Below, piece after piece: positions 1 to 7,475 of a stretch of 64,000 bases of DNA. This stretch comes from a virus. The stretch covers positions 54,181 to 118,180 of the IMG/VR virus record IMGVR_UViG_3300028883_000003; one strand, written 5' to 3'. Position 1 is the stretch's first letter, and the number at the start of each line of letters is the position of its first letter. The position numbers and the translations under genes are program-made. The notes under the pieces were generated by a model. It ran no database searches. It worked only from the letters and a program-made list of their open reading frames with translations, and had not been told where the DNA came from.

Positions 1-2035
1 TATCATTTTTCAACAATTCATTAATCTGTTCTAAACATTGTTGTTCAGTAGCAAAAAACACCATATGTTTTCCATCAGTAAACATATCTTCTAAATTGGG
101 AACATATTGGTTTAGCCCTACTCCGCCAACAGCCATGGCTTGCAAATAACGATCAGAAAAGTACAATGGAACATCATTAACAATGTTGGTATTCAAAATA
201 ATTTTTGCCCTATTTAAAACTTTAACATGGTCAGCATTAAATACACCATCTTTTGCATATGGTTTAAGTTTGTCAGGCCAAGCACCATTACCAAATATTT
301 TTATTTTTACCCCATTATCAACCAAATACTCAAGTAATTTTAGTCTTGGTTCACTGTGTGGTGTGCCAACAAAAACTACGTCAATATCCTTTTCAATTTC
401 AGGAATTGGTTTATATGTGTTTGGATCAGGAGCAATAATACCAAATTCACAAGGTCGTTGGGTTTGTGCAAAAACTCTAGATAAAAGCTCTGGTGCCCCG
501 GTATGCCAAAATGATTTATGACAAACCCTGCTTAATTCAGCAAACCACTGTTCTACTTGTCTTCGGTTATCAACATACCAACAAGCCAATTTAATCTTAG
601 GCATAAGTTGGTTAATACTATTTAAAACTTGAGGATGAATATTTTGTCCACCACATATCAAAACCATCTCCGGTTCATTGTGTAGGGTGTCATTAACCAA
701 TTTATAAGTAGCTTCAATTGGGTTGTTGTTGCACTTCTTCAAAGTAACACGATAGTCATGAGTTAAGACTTTGTATCCAAAATCCTTTTCTAATGTTCTT
801 TTTATAAAGTGTTCATTTCTAAATGCTCCTAATGGGCCACTACTATCAAAAGAACCCACTAAAAGAATTCTTTTCTTTTTAGGGTTTTTGTCAGCAAAGA
901 AAATTTCGTTGTAAACTTCCTGTGCTGTATGATAGGCCATACATTCGCAGTTATTAAATTTTTCTGTATATTGGCAAGGAGAACATGGCATTCTTTTGTT
1001 TAAAATGGTGACATCTTTACCTAATGGTAAATTCTTTGCAACCATCGTCGGAGCAAAAATAGCATAAGTTTTAGCTCCTACTGAAGACGCGATATGCGTG
1101 GGGCCAGTATCATTGCCAATATACATTTTGCAATTTTGTAAAACAGTAGCTAATTGAGGAATAGAAAGTTTACCCATTAAACCAAGCTCAACATTAGGTG
1201 GCCATTCCTTTTCTTTAGCTTCTTTATAATCTTCTTCATCTCCAATCATCACTATTTTGTAATGGGAGAATTTCTTGTTAATCAACTCTGCCAACTCAAC
1301 GTAGTGTGGCCAACGCTTAACATCCCACGTTCCATTACCAAGACGCAAAGCAGTATCACCAAACACAATGTAAGGAGCATATTTAGCTTTATCAACATTG
1401 CCCATCTCTTGAATTGGTCTTTTGTACAAGTCAAGTTTCTCCATTAGAAGCTGGAGCTTATCTAATTCTTCATCCTTAGCTGTTTCACAATGAGTAGGTG
1501 GTAAATCTCCACTGCAATCAAGAAAATCATTAATACCCATATGCTGTAAAGACTCATGAAACATTTTAAACTCAGCTGTAATAATAGCTTTTGAATATTG
1601 AGTTAACAATTGACCATATTGGTTTAAAGTGTTAGCACTCCAAATAGTGGCATAGACTAAATCATAATGTTTGTAATCAAAATCAGTTATTACATTGTCA
1701 ACGCATTCCCAACCACGGATTACGCTCGCCGCCGGTTCTTTACACCAAACTGTGATCTTAAGCAACGGATGTTCATGTTTCAAACTACGGATGGCAGGAG
1801 TAAGCATAACCATGTTACCAATGCCTTCTTCCATAATTATTAACAGCGAACTAACTTTAGTATTTTGGTACAAAGAATATAAATTCTGACTAAGCATGTT
1901 AGCCAAATTAATACCTTGAGATTCTAATTCATGTCTTTTCTCAGGAGAAATCGACAGATATTGTTTTAACAAATCTCCGGTCAGCTTGTCAACTTGTTCT
2001 TTTACTGCAAAAGATAATTTTATTTGTTTTCCCAT
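1..2035 (-). CDS. Two-domain glycosyltransferase: N-terminal GT9 (heptosyltransferase-like) plus C-terminal CgeB/Glyco_trans_1_2-like domain; 3'-truncated by the window edge
   Basis: Not in the ORF track because there is no stop in the window. ATG at 2035 overlaps the HNH stop (TAATG). My manual translation is open to base 1, with EEGIGNMVMLTPAIRSLK, KRWPHYVELA and IGNDTGPTHIAS (GT9), then DVVFVGTP and SDRYLQAMAVG (CgeB-like). Confidence 0.85.
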   Translation of the reverse strand, partial: MGKQIKLSFAVKEQVDKLTGDLLKQYLSISPEKRHELESQGINLANMLSQNLYSLYQNTKVSSLLIIMEEGIGNMVMLTPAIRSLKHEHPLLKITVWCKEPAASVIRGWECVDNVITDFDYKHYDLVYATIWSANTLNQYGQLLTQYSKAIITAEFKMFHESLQHMGINDFLDCSGDLPPTHCETAKDEELDKLQLLMEKLDLYKRPIQEMGNVDKAKYAPYIVFGDTALRLGNGTWDVKRWPHYVELAELINKKFSHYKIVMIGDEEDYKEAKEKEWPPNVELGLMGKLSIPQLATVLQNCKMYIGNDTGPTHIASSVGAKTYAIFAPTMVAKNLPLGKDVTILNKRMPCSPCQYTEKFNNCECMAYHTAQEVYNEIFFADKNPKKKRILLVGSFDSSGPLGAFRNEHFIKRTLEKDFGYKVLTHDYRVTLKKCNNNPIEATYKLVNDTLHNEPEMVLICGGQNIHPQVLNSINQLMPKIKLACWYVDNRRQVEQWFAELSRVCHKSFWHTGAPELLSRVFAQTQRPCEFGIIAPDPNTYKPIPEIEKDIDVVFVGTPHSEPRLKLLEYLVDNGVKIKIFGNGAWPDKLKPYAKDGVFNADHVKVLNRAKIILNTNIVNDVPLYFSDRYLQAMAVGGVGLNQYVPNLEDMFTDGKHMVFFATEQQCLEQINELLKND

Positions 2036-2325
2036 TATTTACCTAGATTTTTTAAAAGTTCGCGATTCAAATGCCACTCTAATGCTTCATTCCATCTAAA
2101 GTCTGTCTTTTTTAATAACGGACTTAGTATGTCTATATTAGAAATCTTATTCATTGAAACCAAATGATGGTGTCGTTGGCACAAACAAATTAGGTTCCAT
2201 GGTTCATCCGGCCCTCCCTGTCCTTTTGGCACAATGTGGTGTACTTCAACGTTCAATCTGGAACCACAACCAAACACTCTACACTGATGTTTATCTAATT
2301 TTCTTACCTCTGTGTAAACGCTCAT
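2035..2325 (-). CDS. HNH endonuclease
   Basis: CRVFGC...EVHHIVPKGQGG...NLICLCQRHH is a zinc-binding HNH pattern. Confidence 0.9.
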   Translation of the reverse strand: MSVYTEVRKLDKHQCRVFGCGSRLNVEVHHIVPKGQGGPDEPWNLICLCQRHHHLVSMNKISNIDILSPLLKKTDFRWNEALEWHLNRELLKNLGK

Positions 2326-3098
2326 ACTTTGATATTAAAAGATTTTAAGTCATCATCTGTAAAAAAGTTAACACTCTTTAGTTTCCTAATTAAATTTGAG
2401 CCGGAAAGCAATAACAATTCTTTCCAATCTGACTTATGTTCATTCACCACTGTAAAAAACCAATCGTCCGTTACATCTAAATCAACTTCGGAAACATGGC
2501 CTTCTCCTGCCTCAATGGTTGGCTTGTCAATACGAACAATTTTTACAGCTTTGCCATTGTTGCTTTCAATAAACTCTTTTTCATTTTTGAATCTTACGTC
2601 TGTTATAATATAAATAGAGTCATCCGTAATTTGTTTAGCAGCATAATTAATCCAAATGTTTTGATCTATTCCACCTGATACTTCAACAAATTCTTGAGTC
2701 TTTTCAGAGAACATATTGAAGATACCATTAAAAACTTGTTTGTTATATTTTAGTTTTCGTTTTAGATTAACTTCCTCAATACCAAACTCAGACACTGCTA
2801 TCTTTTCAACCCAAACAGGAAACCCGGAATCTCCAATTAATTTTCTCTCATCATCTGTCAGGTTTGCAACAGTTGTTATACAATTACGAACGCTACTACC
2901 AATACCTTGAAGAATCATTCTCGATGTTTTTGTTTTCGTTTCATAGCATTCCTCATGGCCTAATTCAAAATACTTCATTCCAAAATGCTTTACTTTATCT
3001 GCGAATGATAAATGTTTGAACCCATAAGTTTCTTTTAAAACTTTAAAGAATTCATCTTTACCGGATCGTGCTTTACCATGGAGTCCAATTAATCTCAT
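2322..3098 (-). CDS. Deoxynucleoside monophosphate kinase (phage dNMP kinase)
   Basis: P-loop LIGLHGKARSGKD, FADKVK, R-x-ILQ-x-IG and IITDVRFKNE motifs. Confidence 0.85.
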   Translation of the reverse strand: MRLIGLHGKARSGKDEFFKVLKETYGFKHLSFADKVKHFGMKYFELGHEECYETKTKTSRMILQGIGSSVRNCITTVANLTDDERKLIGDSGFPVWVEKIAVSEFGIEEVNLKRKLKYNKQVFNGIFNMFSEKTQEFVEVSGGIDQNIWINYAAKQITDDSIYIITDVRFKNEKEFIESNNGKAVKIVRIDKPTIEAGEGHVSEVDLDVTDDWFFTVVNEHKSDWKELLLLSGSNLIRKLKSVNFFTDDDLKSFNIKV

Positions 3099-3454
3099 TA
3101 CCTATTATCTCCTTCACTTTTAATAACTCCACGTTTTTGTCGATCTTGCAATTTGGCAATGTTACTAACAGCGATGTTGTCTAATGATATTTTAAATTCT
3201 TTTGCAACAGCTTGGATATACCAAAGAACATCACCAAGTTCCTTTTTAATCTCTTCTATGTCCTGTAACGTATAGTTGCCCTTTTTGTTCCTGATTATTT
3301 TTTTTATTTTTTCAGCAACTTCTCCAGCTTCACCAACCAACCCAAGAACTGGGTATAAATAATTGGCTTCGGTGTCTTTGTCGCCAGCATCAACTAAGAT
3401 AATCGGATATTCAACTGTTTCTTGTGCTTTCTTTTCATACTCATCAAATGTCAT
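3098..3454 (-). CDS. mazG: MazG-like nucleotide pyrophosphohydrolase
   Basis: LGLVGEAGEVAEKIKK...ELGDVLWY, and N-x-x-KL-x-x-R. Confidence 0.9.
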   Translation of the reverse strand: MTFDEYEKKAQETVEYPIILVDAGDKDTEANYLYPVLGLVGEAGEVAEKIKKIIRNKKGNYTLQDIEEIKKELGDVLWYIQAVAKEFKISLDNIAVSNIAKLQDRQKRGVIKSEGDNR

Positions 3455-3461
3455 GTTTACC

Positions 3462-3677
3462 TCAACTTTGGTTTAACTTGTTTAGTTTCAAAGAGATAGC
3501 ATTAGCTAATTCTTTATTTGTTTTCACAATTCCCTTCAAAATCCTAGGGGGCTGAACTGCGTAGTGTTTAATCCTATGAGCCAGTTTATTTGCTTTGTGC
3601 TTTAGTCTTCTTCCCTCGGCTCGATACGATGTGTATCTTGTTTTTCTTTGTTTGCTTGTCGCTCTCTTCTTTGCCAT
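3462..3677 (-). CDS. Small, highly basic hypothetical protein
   Basis: 71 aa, K/R-rich, with an AGAGGAAAA ribosome binding site upstream. Confidence 0.7.
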   Translation of the reverse strand: MAKKRATSKQRKTRYTSYRAEGRRLKHKANKLAHRIKHYAVQPPRILKGIVKTNKELANAISLKLNKLNQS

Positions 3678-3960
3678 TTTTTTCCTCTAAGCTAAAGTCA
3701 ATTAATTCAGTTGCACCAGAACGCATTAAGTAATCAATCAAGGTTTTTGGATCAACCGTTGCCTTGTGGTAGTAAAGCTGATCATATTTTTTAGTTGGGA
3801 CTGGAATATCCTCAATTTTTGTCCCATATTTAACTACCCGAATCTTAAAAAGGTCTGGATATTTTGACAAGGTAATATATCGTTTTCGCATTTTTGCCAA
3901 AACTTCCCGACTTGAAAGATCTGTGTTATGTATAGCTAATATCCGAATCACTTGATCCAC
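3586..3960 (-). CDS. Hypothetical protein
   Basis: 124-aa ORF in the leftward operon; overlaps both neighbours. Confidence 0.55.
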   Translation of the reverse strand: MDQVIRILAIHNTDLSSREVLAKMRKRYITLSKYPDLFKIRVVKYGTKIEDIPVPTKKYDQLYYHKATVDPKTLIDYLMRSGATELIDFSLEEKNGKEESDKQTKKNKIHIVSSRGKKTKAQSK

Positions 3961-4408
3961 CTCGCATAAGTTTAGCAGTTTCAGCCTTCATAATACTCTG
4001 GATTATTGTTACTCTTTTGTCTAACTTTTCAGCAGCATTTGCCAAATAGGATACAATTTGAGTTTGGCGAATCGTCATAGTTTGAGTGTATAGTTTTCGA
4101 TCAGCCTCAGACAAGCCTTGACTCTTTTTTGTGTGATGCAAAGCTTGAAATATTTGCAGGTGGGTTTTAGCGTCAGATAAATACTGTCCCACCGTATAGG
4201 AAATAGTTGAATACTCAGACATAAGCTCAGGCAAGAGCCCTAAGTCGTTGTCAATTGGTATCTTAATCTTCTCGGCCACAGTTTTTAACAAGGGCTCGGC
4301 GGCGGCTAGAAACTCTTTGAAGTTTACTTCGATCTCATCTTGCTGGTCTTTGAGCATTTTTTGAATTGAGAATATATTCTCATCAACTGCTAGTGGTAAC
4401 TTAATCAT
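3926..4408 (-). CDS. Hypothetical helical protein (UvsY-like size and pattern is only a guess)
   Basis: 160 aa, amphipathic helices; first gene of the leftward operon. Confidence 0.6.
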   Translation of the reverse strand: MIKLPLAVDENIFSIQKMLKDQQDEIEVNFKEFLAAAEPLLKTVAEKIKIPIDNDLGLLPELMSEYSTISYTVGQYLSDAKTHLQIFQALHHTKKSQGLSEADRKLYTQTMTIRQTQIVSYLANAAEKLDKRVTIIQSIMKAETAKLMRGGSSDSDISYT

Positions 4409-4417
4409 ATTTTCTTT

Positions 4418-4445
4418 AACTCCAAAAGGTAGGGTATTGTTCCCG
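4418..4445 (-). promoter_or_regulatory. ECF-sigma-like promoter P1 (CGGGAAC-N18-GTT)
   Basis: Plus strand gttcccg at 4439-4445 and aac at 4418-4420, just upstream of the ATG at 4408. Confidence 0.55.
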
Positions 4446-4541
4446 AAAGATCGACTTTTTTTGAAAAAATTTTAAATTTCGCGATAATTATTAATTCTTG
4501 AATACAGTTAGTAATATAATATATTTAAATCTAGAATACAG

Positions 4542-4608
4542 TAATTATAATAATATTATATATATAATAATATATTAATATATATATATATATATATAAT
4601 TATATTAT
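4542..4608. repeat. 67-nt A/T-only tract containing (TA)10; candidate origin unwinding element
   Basis: No G or C between 4542 and 4608; (TA)10 at 4579-4598; GAATACAGT direct repeat at 4500 and 4534. Confidence 0.6.
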
Positions 4609-4694
4609 CTAGTATTTAATACTAACAGTATTATAATATTATTAGTATTAAGATAAGGGGTATTAAGTAATAATTTTTTGTTTTTTGACATAAC

Positions 4695-4721
4695 AACAAT
4701 TTAAAAATTAAAAAGTTCCCG
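4695..4721 (-). promoter_or_regulatory. ECF-sigma-like promoter P2 (CGGGAAC-N17-GTT)
   Basis: Plus strand gttcccg at 4715-4721 and aac at 4695-4697. Confidence 0.55.
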
Positions 4722-4830
4722 AAAAAAATAATTTTTTTGCTTTTTTTAAAAAAAATTTAAAAAAGTTGATTTTTTTAGTACAAAATTCCTCCAAAGGGCC
4801 GATATATACTTAGGACGAAGGGAGATGTAA

Positions 4831-5652
4831 ATGGAAAAGAAGGTTTTATTTCGTATCAAGGACAACGATGCTAATGGTTTTTTGAGGGTCTTAGAAGACT
4901 TTTACCGGTTTTACAAAAATAAACCAGAAGTGGAGGCTAAGTCTTTAGCAGCAGCCGGATTTGCTAACCTTATATCGGGGAATGACTTAGATGGCAAAAA
5001 GATTACCAATCCAAATTTGGTGTATTTTGACGAAATTTTATCCGTTGTTACCGAGAATTACTATACCCCATCACAAACAGCCAGATACCGTTACAAAAAG
5101 GCCAGTCGTTCAACTTTTGGCAGGCCGAAGAAAACAACAAAAACATCGACACAAATACTTTCTCCTGAAGAAAGTAAAGAAACCGAAAAGAAAATAGACA
5201 GAATCAAACATAACCTTTTGACGGAATATCCTACTCTGGATAGGATAGATTTAGAAGAAAATATTGATAATTATTGCAAGTTGATTGTCAAAATAAATGA
5301 GTTAATGTCTGAGGCTGCGGCAGATAACACTATGGCAATCAAGAACTTAACTGATACACAAATTAAATTAGGTAGTTTTTTGGGAATTGACGAGGGAGAA
5401 AAGGCAAAGCAAAAATCAATCGACGATCAGCAAAGTGTTGCCTCTTTGTCCTCCAAGTTCCAGAGAACCATTGATGAATTTCCAGAAATAATGGACAGAA
5501 TGCGGTATAAGGAACTAAGGATTTTATTGGAAAAGTATGATAGGCAAGAGATTAGCAGGGAACTTTTTGAAAACAGTGCTTACGCCGGTGTCACAGTAGA
5601 TGCTGCTAGGGAGTTTATTAAGAAGCGTGAAGCAAAGTATGAGGCTAGTTAA
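4831..5652 (+). CDS. Putative terminase small subunit / packaging-associated protein
   Basis: Immediately upstream of TerL; helical C-terminal half (KLGSFLGID...SVASLSSKF); GGAG ribosome binding site. Assignment is by position. Confidence 0.45.
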   Translation: MEKKVLFRIKDNDANGFLRVLEDFYRFYKNKPEVEAKSLAAAGFANLISGNDLDGKKITNPNLVYFDEILSVVTENYYTPSQTARYRYKKASRSTFGRPKKTTKTSTQILSPEESKETEKKIDRIKHNLLTEYPTLDRIDLEENIDNYCKLIVKINELMSEAAADNTMAIKNLTDTQIKLGSFLGIDEGEKAKQKSIDDQQSVASLSSKFQRTIDEFPEIMDRMRYKELRILLEKYDRQEISRELFENSAYAGVTVDAAREFIKKREAKYEAS

Positions 5653-5654
5653 TT

Positions 5655-7466
5655 TTGGCAAAACCACAGTTTACAGCACGGGAACTAACTGATCGACTGT
5701 TCCCAATTTATTGGTATCGAAAGCATTTAGATGTTGCTTGTCGTGATTTATTGGGACTAGAATTAAGCCCACACCATTCCCTTATTTTGCGTGATTGGGG
5801 AAGGGGCAAACCTGTTAACCTATTATTTTCAAGTCGTGGTATGGGTAAATCGGTTTTAATGGCTATATTTTATCTTTTGATGGCTGTGCTATACCCAAAT
5901 TTGAAAATGATTGCTGTAGCTGGTCAGGGTTATCGTGGCAGTAAATTTATTTTGATGGAATGTGAAAGAATTATTGAAGGCTATTTATCTGGGCAAAAAA
6001 GAGTAAAGTATATAAAAAAATCGTTAAGGGATCGTACCAGAATAATTTTTAAAGACCCGGCTTATTGGTCAATTCAATTTTCTAATGGTTCAATAATTTA
6101 TGGTATTCCTTTGGGGGCTAGTACTGATGGTTCTAATATTCGTGGTTTACGTGCACACATAATTGGTCAGGATGAGGCATTTTTGATTCCAACCAAACTT
6201 TATCAATCTGTTCTTGATCCTATGTCCAATGTTTTGTATGATCCCACTAAACCTGCTGATAAACAACAGATTAAAAATATGACGTTGGCCGTTTCAACTG
6301 CTGATTATTCGTTCAGAGATTTTTATTTACAGTACGAATATTACAAATCAGTACTTGAGACCGAAGAACAAGTTGAAGTTGGTTTGAAAAAGCTAACTAA
6401 AGAAGACATATCAGTTTTTGAGTTCAACATTGATGACGCATACTATACGAGAAATGGAGAAAGAGTTCCTACGTGGGGTTTAGATTATGACCGAATGTTG
6501 AAGAAAAGAAATTCTCCAACGACTGATATTAATTTATGGAATGCTGAAAATAAAAATATACCCCTTAACTTACAAGGTGGTTATTTTCCATTTGAATCAA
6601 TTGAAGCAGGACAGAATGTAGTTTTAAAAACAGCTACTGAACAATATCCAGAGGCTTTAGATTCTTGTTCGGGGCAATGTATACTTGGAATTGATACCGC
6701 TCCAAGTGGTGACAACACAGCATTTGTTGTGATAAAAGCTGGCCCTTACAACTATGTGGACAAAGACGTAGAAAAATGTAAGACAGCAAATATGGGTAAA
6801 CCTTGTCCGATCTTAGGAGTGGGGAGAGGCTGTACATTAACCTCCCATGCCCAAGTTATATTTGCCTACGAAGAGAACAAGATGAGCCAGCAGGATAGAA
6901 TCAAGCTTATTTATGAATTGATGAGTCGATACAACATCATATCAATCGCTATGGATGCCCGTGGCGGTGGGCTTGAACTATCCGATTTGTTAGCGGACCC
7001 GGAGTTTATTAAACAGTCTATTCATTTTGATGCTAAACCGATCTTCGATCCGGAACGAAGACCAGAAGGAAAAGGCATGCCAATCCTTACTTTGTATAGC
7101 ACCACTCAAGAACAGAACATGTTGTTTAATGGCTATCTGAAGGGCATTATAACAAATCAGGTTCTTCTTTTCCCTAAGCCTTTGCGAGACCGGCCAGACA
7201 ATCCAAGAATTTTAGAGATTGCTGGCCATGTGGAAACACTTACTAATCAAGTTGCCAGAATTAAAGCAATACCGTCTGGCAAAGGGATTAAATTTGACAT
7301 AGAGAGTATAGACCCAAATACCGGACGACGTGTGCCGGGTAAAAAAGATTTATATAGTGCGTTGTTGTACGCTTGTGGTAAGATGAGAGATTTGGTAGAG
7401 GTTCAATTAAGTCAAAGTGACTTTTCCGTTGATGACCTACCATTACCAGCTGCTTTTAACATGTAA
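5655..7466 (+). CDS. terL: Terminase large subunit
   Basis: Walker A SSRGMGKS, IRGLRAHIIGQDEA Walker B, nuclease ILGIDTA...GDNTA, MDARGGG and C-terminal KKDLYSAL. Confidence 0.92.
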   Translation: MAKPQFTARELTDRLFPIYWYRKHLDVACRDLLGLELSPHHSLILRDWGRGKPVNLLFSSRGMGKSVLMAIFYLLMAVLYPNLKMIAVAGQGYRGSKFILMECERIIEGYLSGQKRVKYIKKSLRDRTRIIFKDPAYWSIQFSNGSIIYGIPLGASTDGSNIRGLRAHIIGQDEAFLIPTKLYQSVLDPMSNVLYDPTKPADKQQIKNMTLAVSTADYSFRDFYLQYEYYKSVLETEEQVEVGLKKLTKEDISVFEFNIDDAYYTRNGERVPTWGLDYDRMLKKRNSPTTDINLWNAENKNIPLNLQGGYFPFESIEAGQNVVLKTATEQYPEALDSCSGQCILGIDTAPSGDNTAFVVIKAGPYNYVDKDVEKCKTANMGKPCPILGVGRGCTLTSHAQVIFAYEENKMSQQDRIKLIYELMSRYNIISIAMDARGGGLELSDLLADPEFIKQSIHFDAKPIFDPERRPEGKGMPILTLYSTTQEQNMLFNGYLKGIITNQVLLFPKPLRDRPDNPRILEIAGHVETLTNQVARIKAIPSGKGIKFDIESIDPNTGRRVPGKKDLYSALLYACGKMRDLVEVQLSQSDFSVDDLPLPAAFNM

Positions 7467-7475
7467 GGATTTATT

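Noticed and set aside
183-1889. Plus-strand ORFs 183..521, 1262..1447 and 1695..1889
   Set aside because: Antisense shadows of the long minus-strand glycosyltransferase; no motifs or ribosome binding sites.
4685-4713. TTGACA as a sigma70 -35 for the structural operon
   Set aside because: No convincing TAnnnT at 16-18 nt spacing, and the surrounding AT richness makes chance matches likely.
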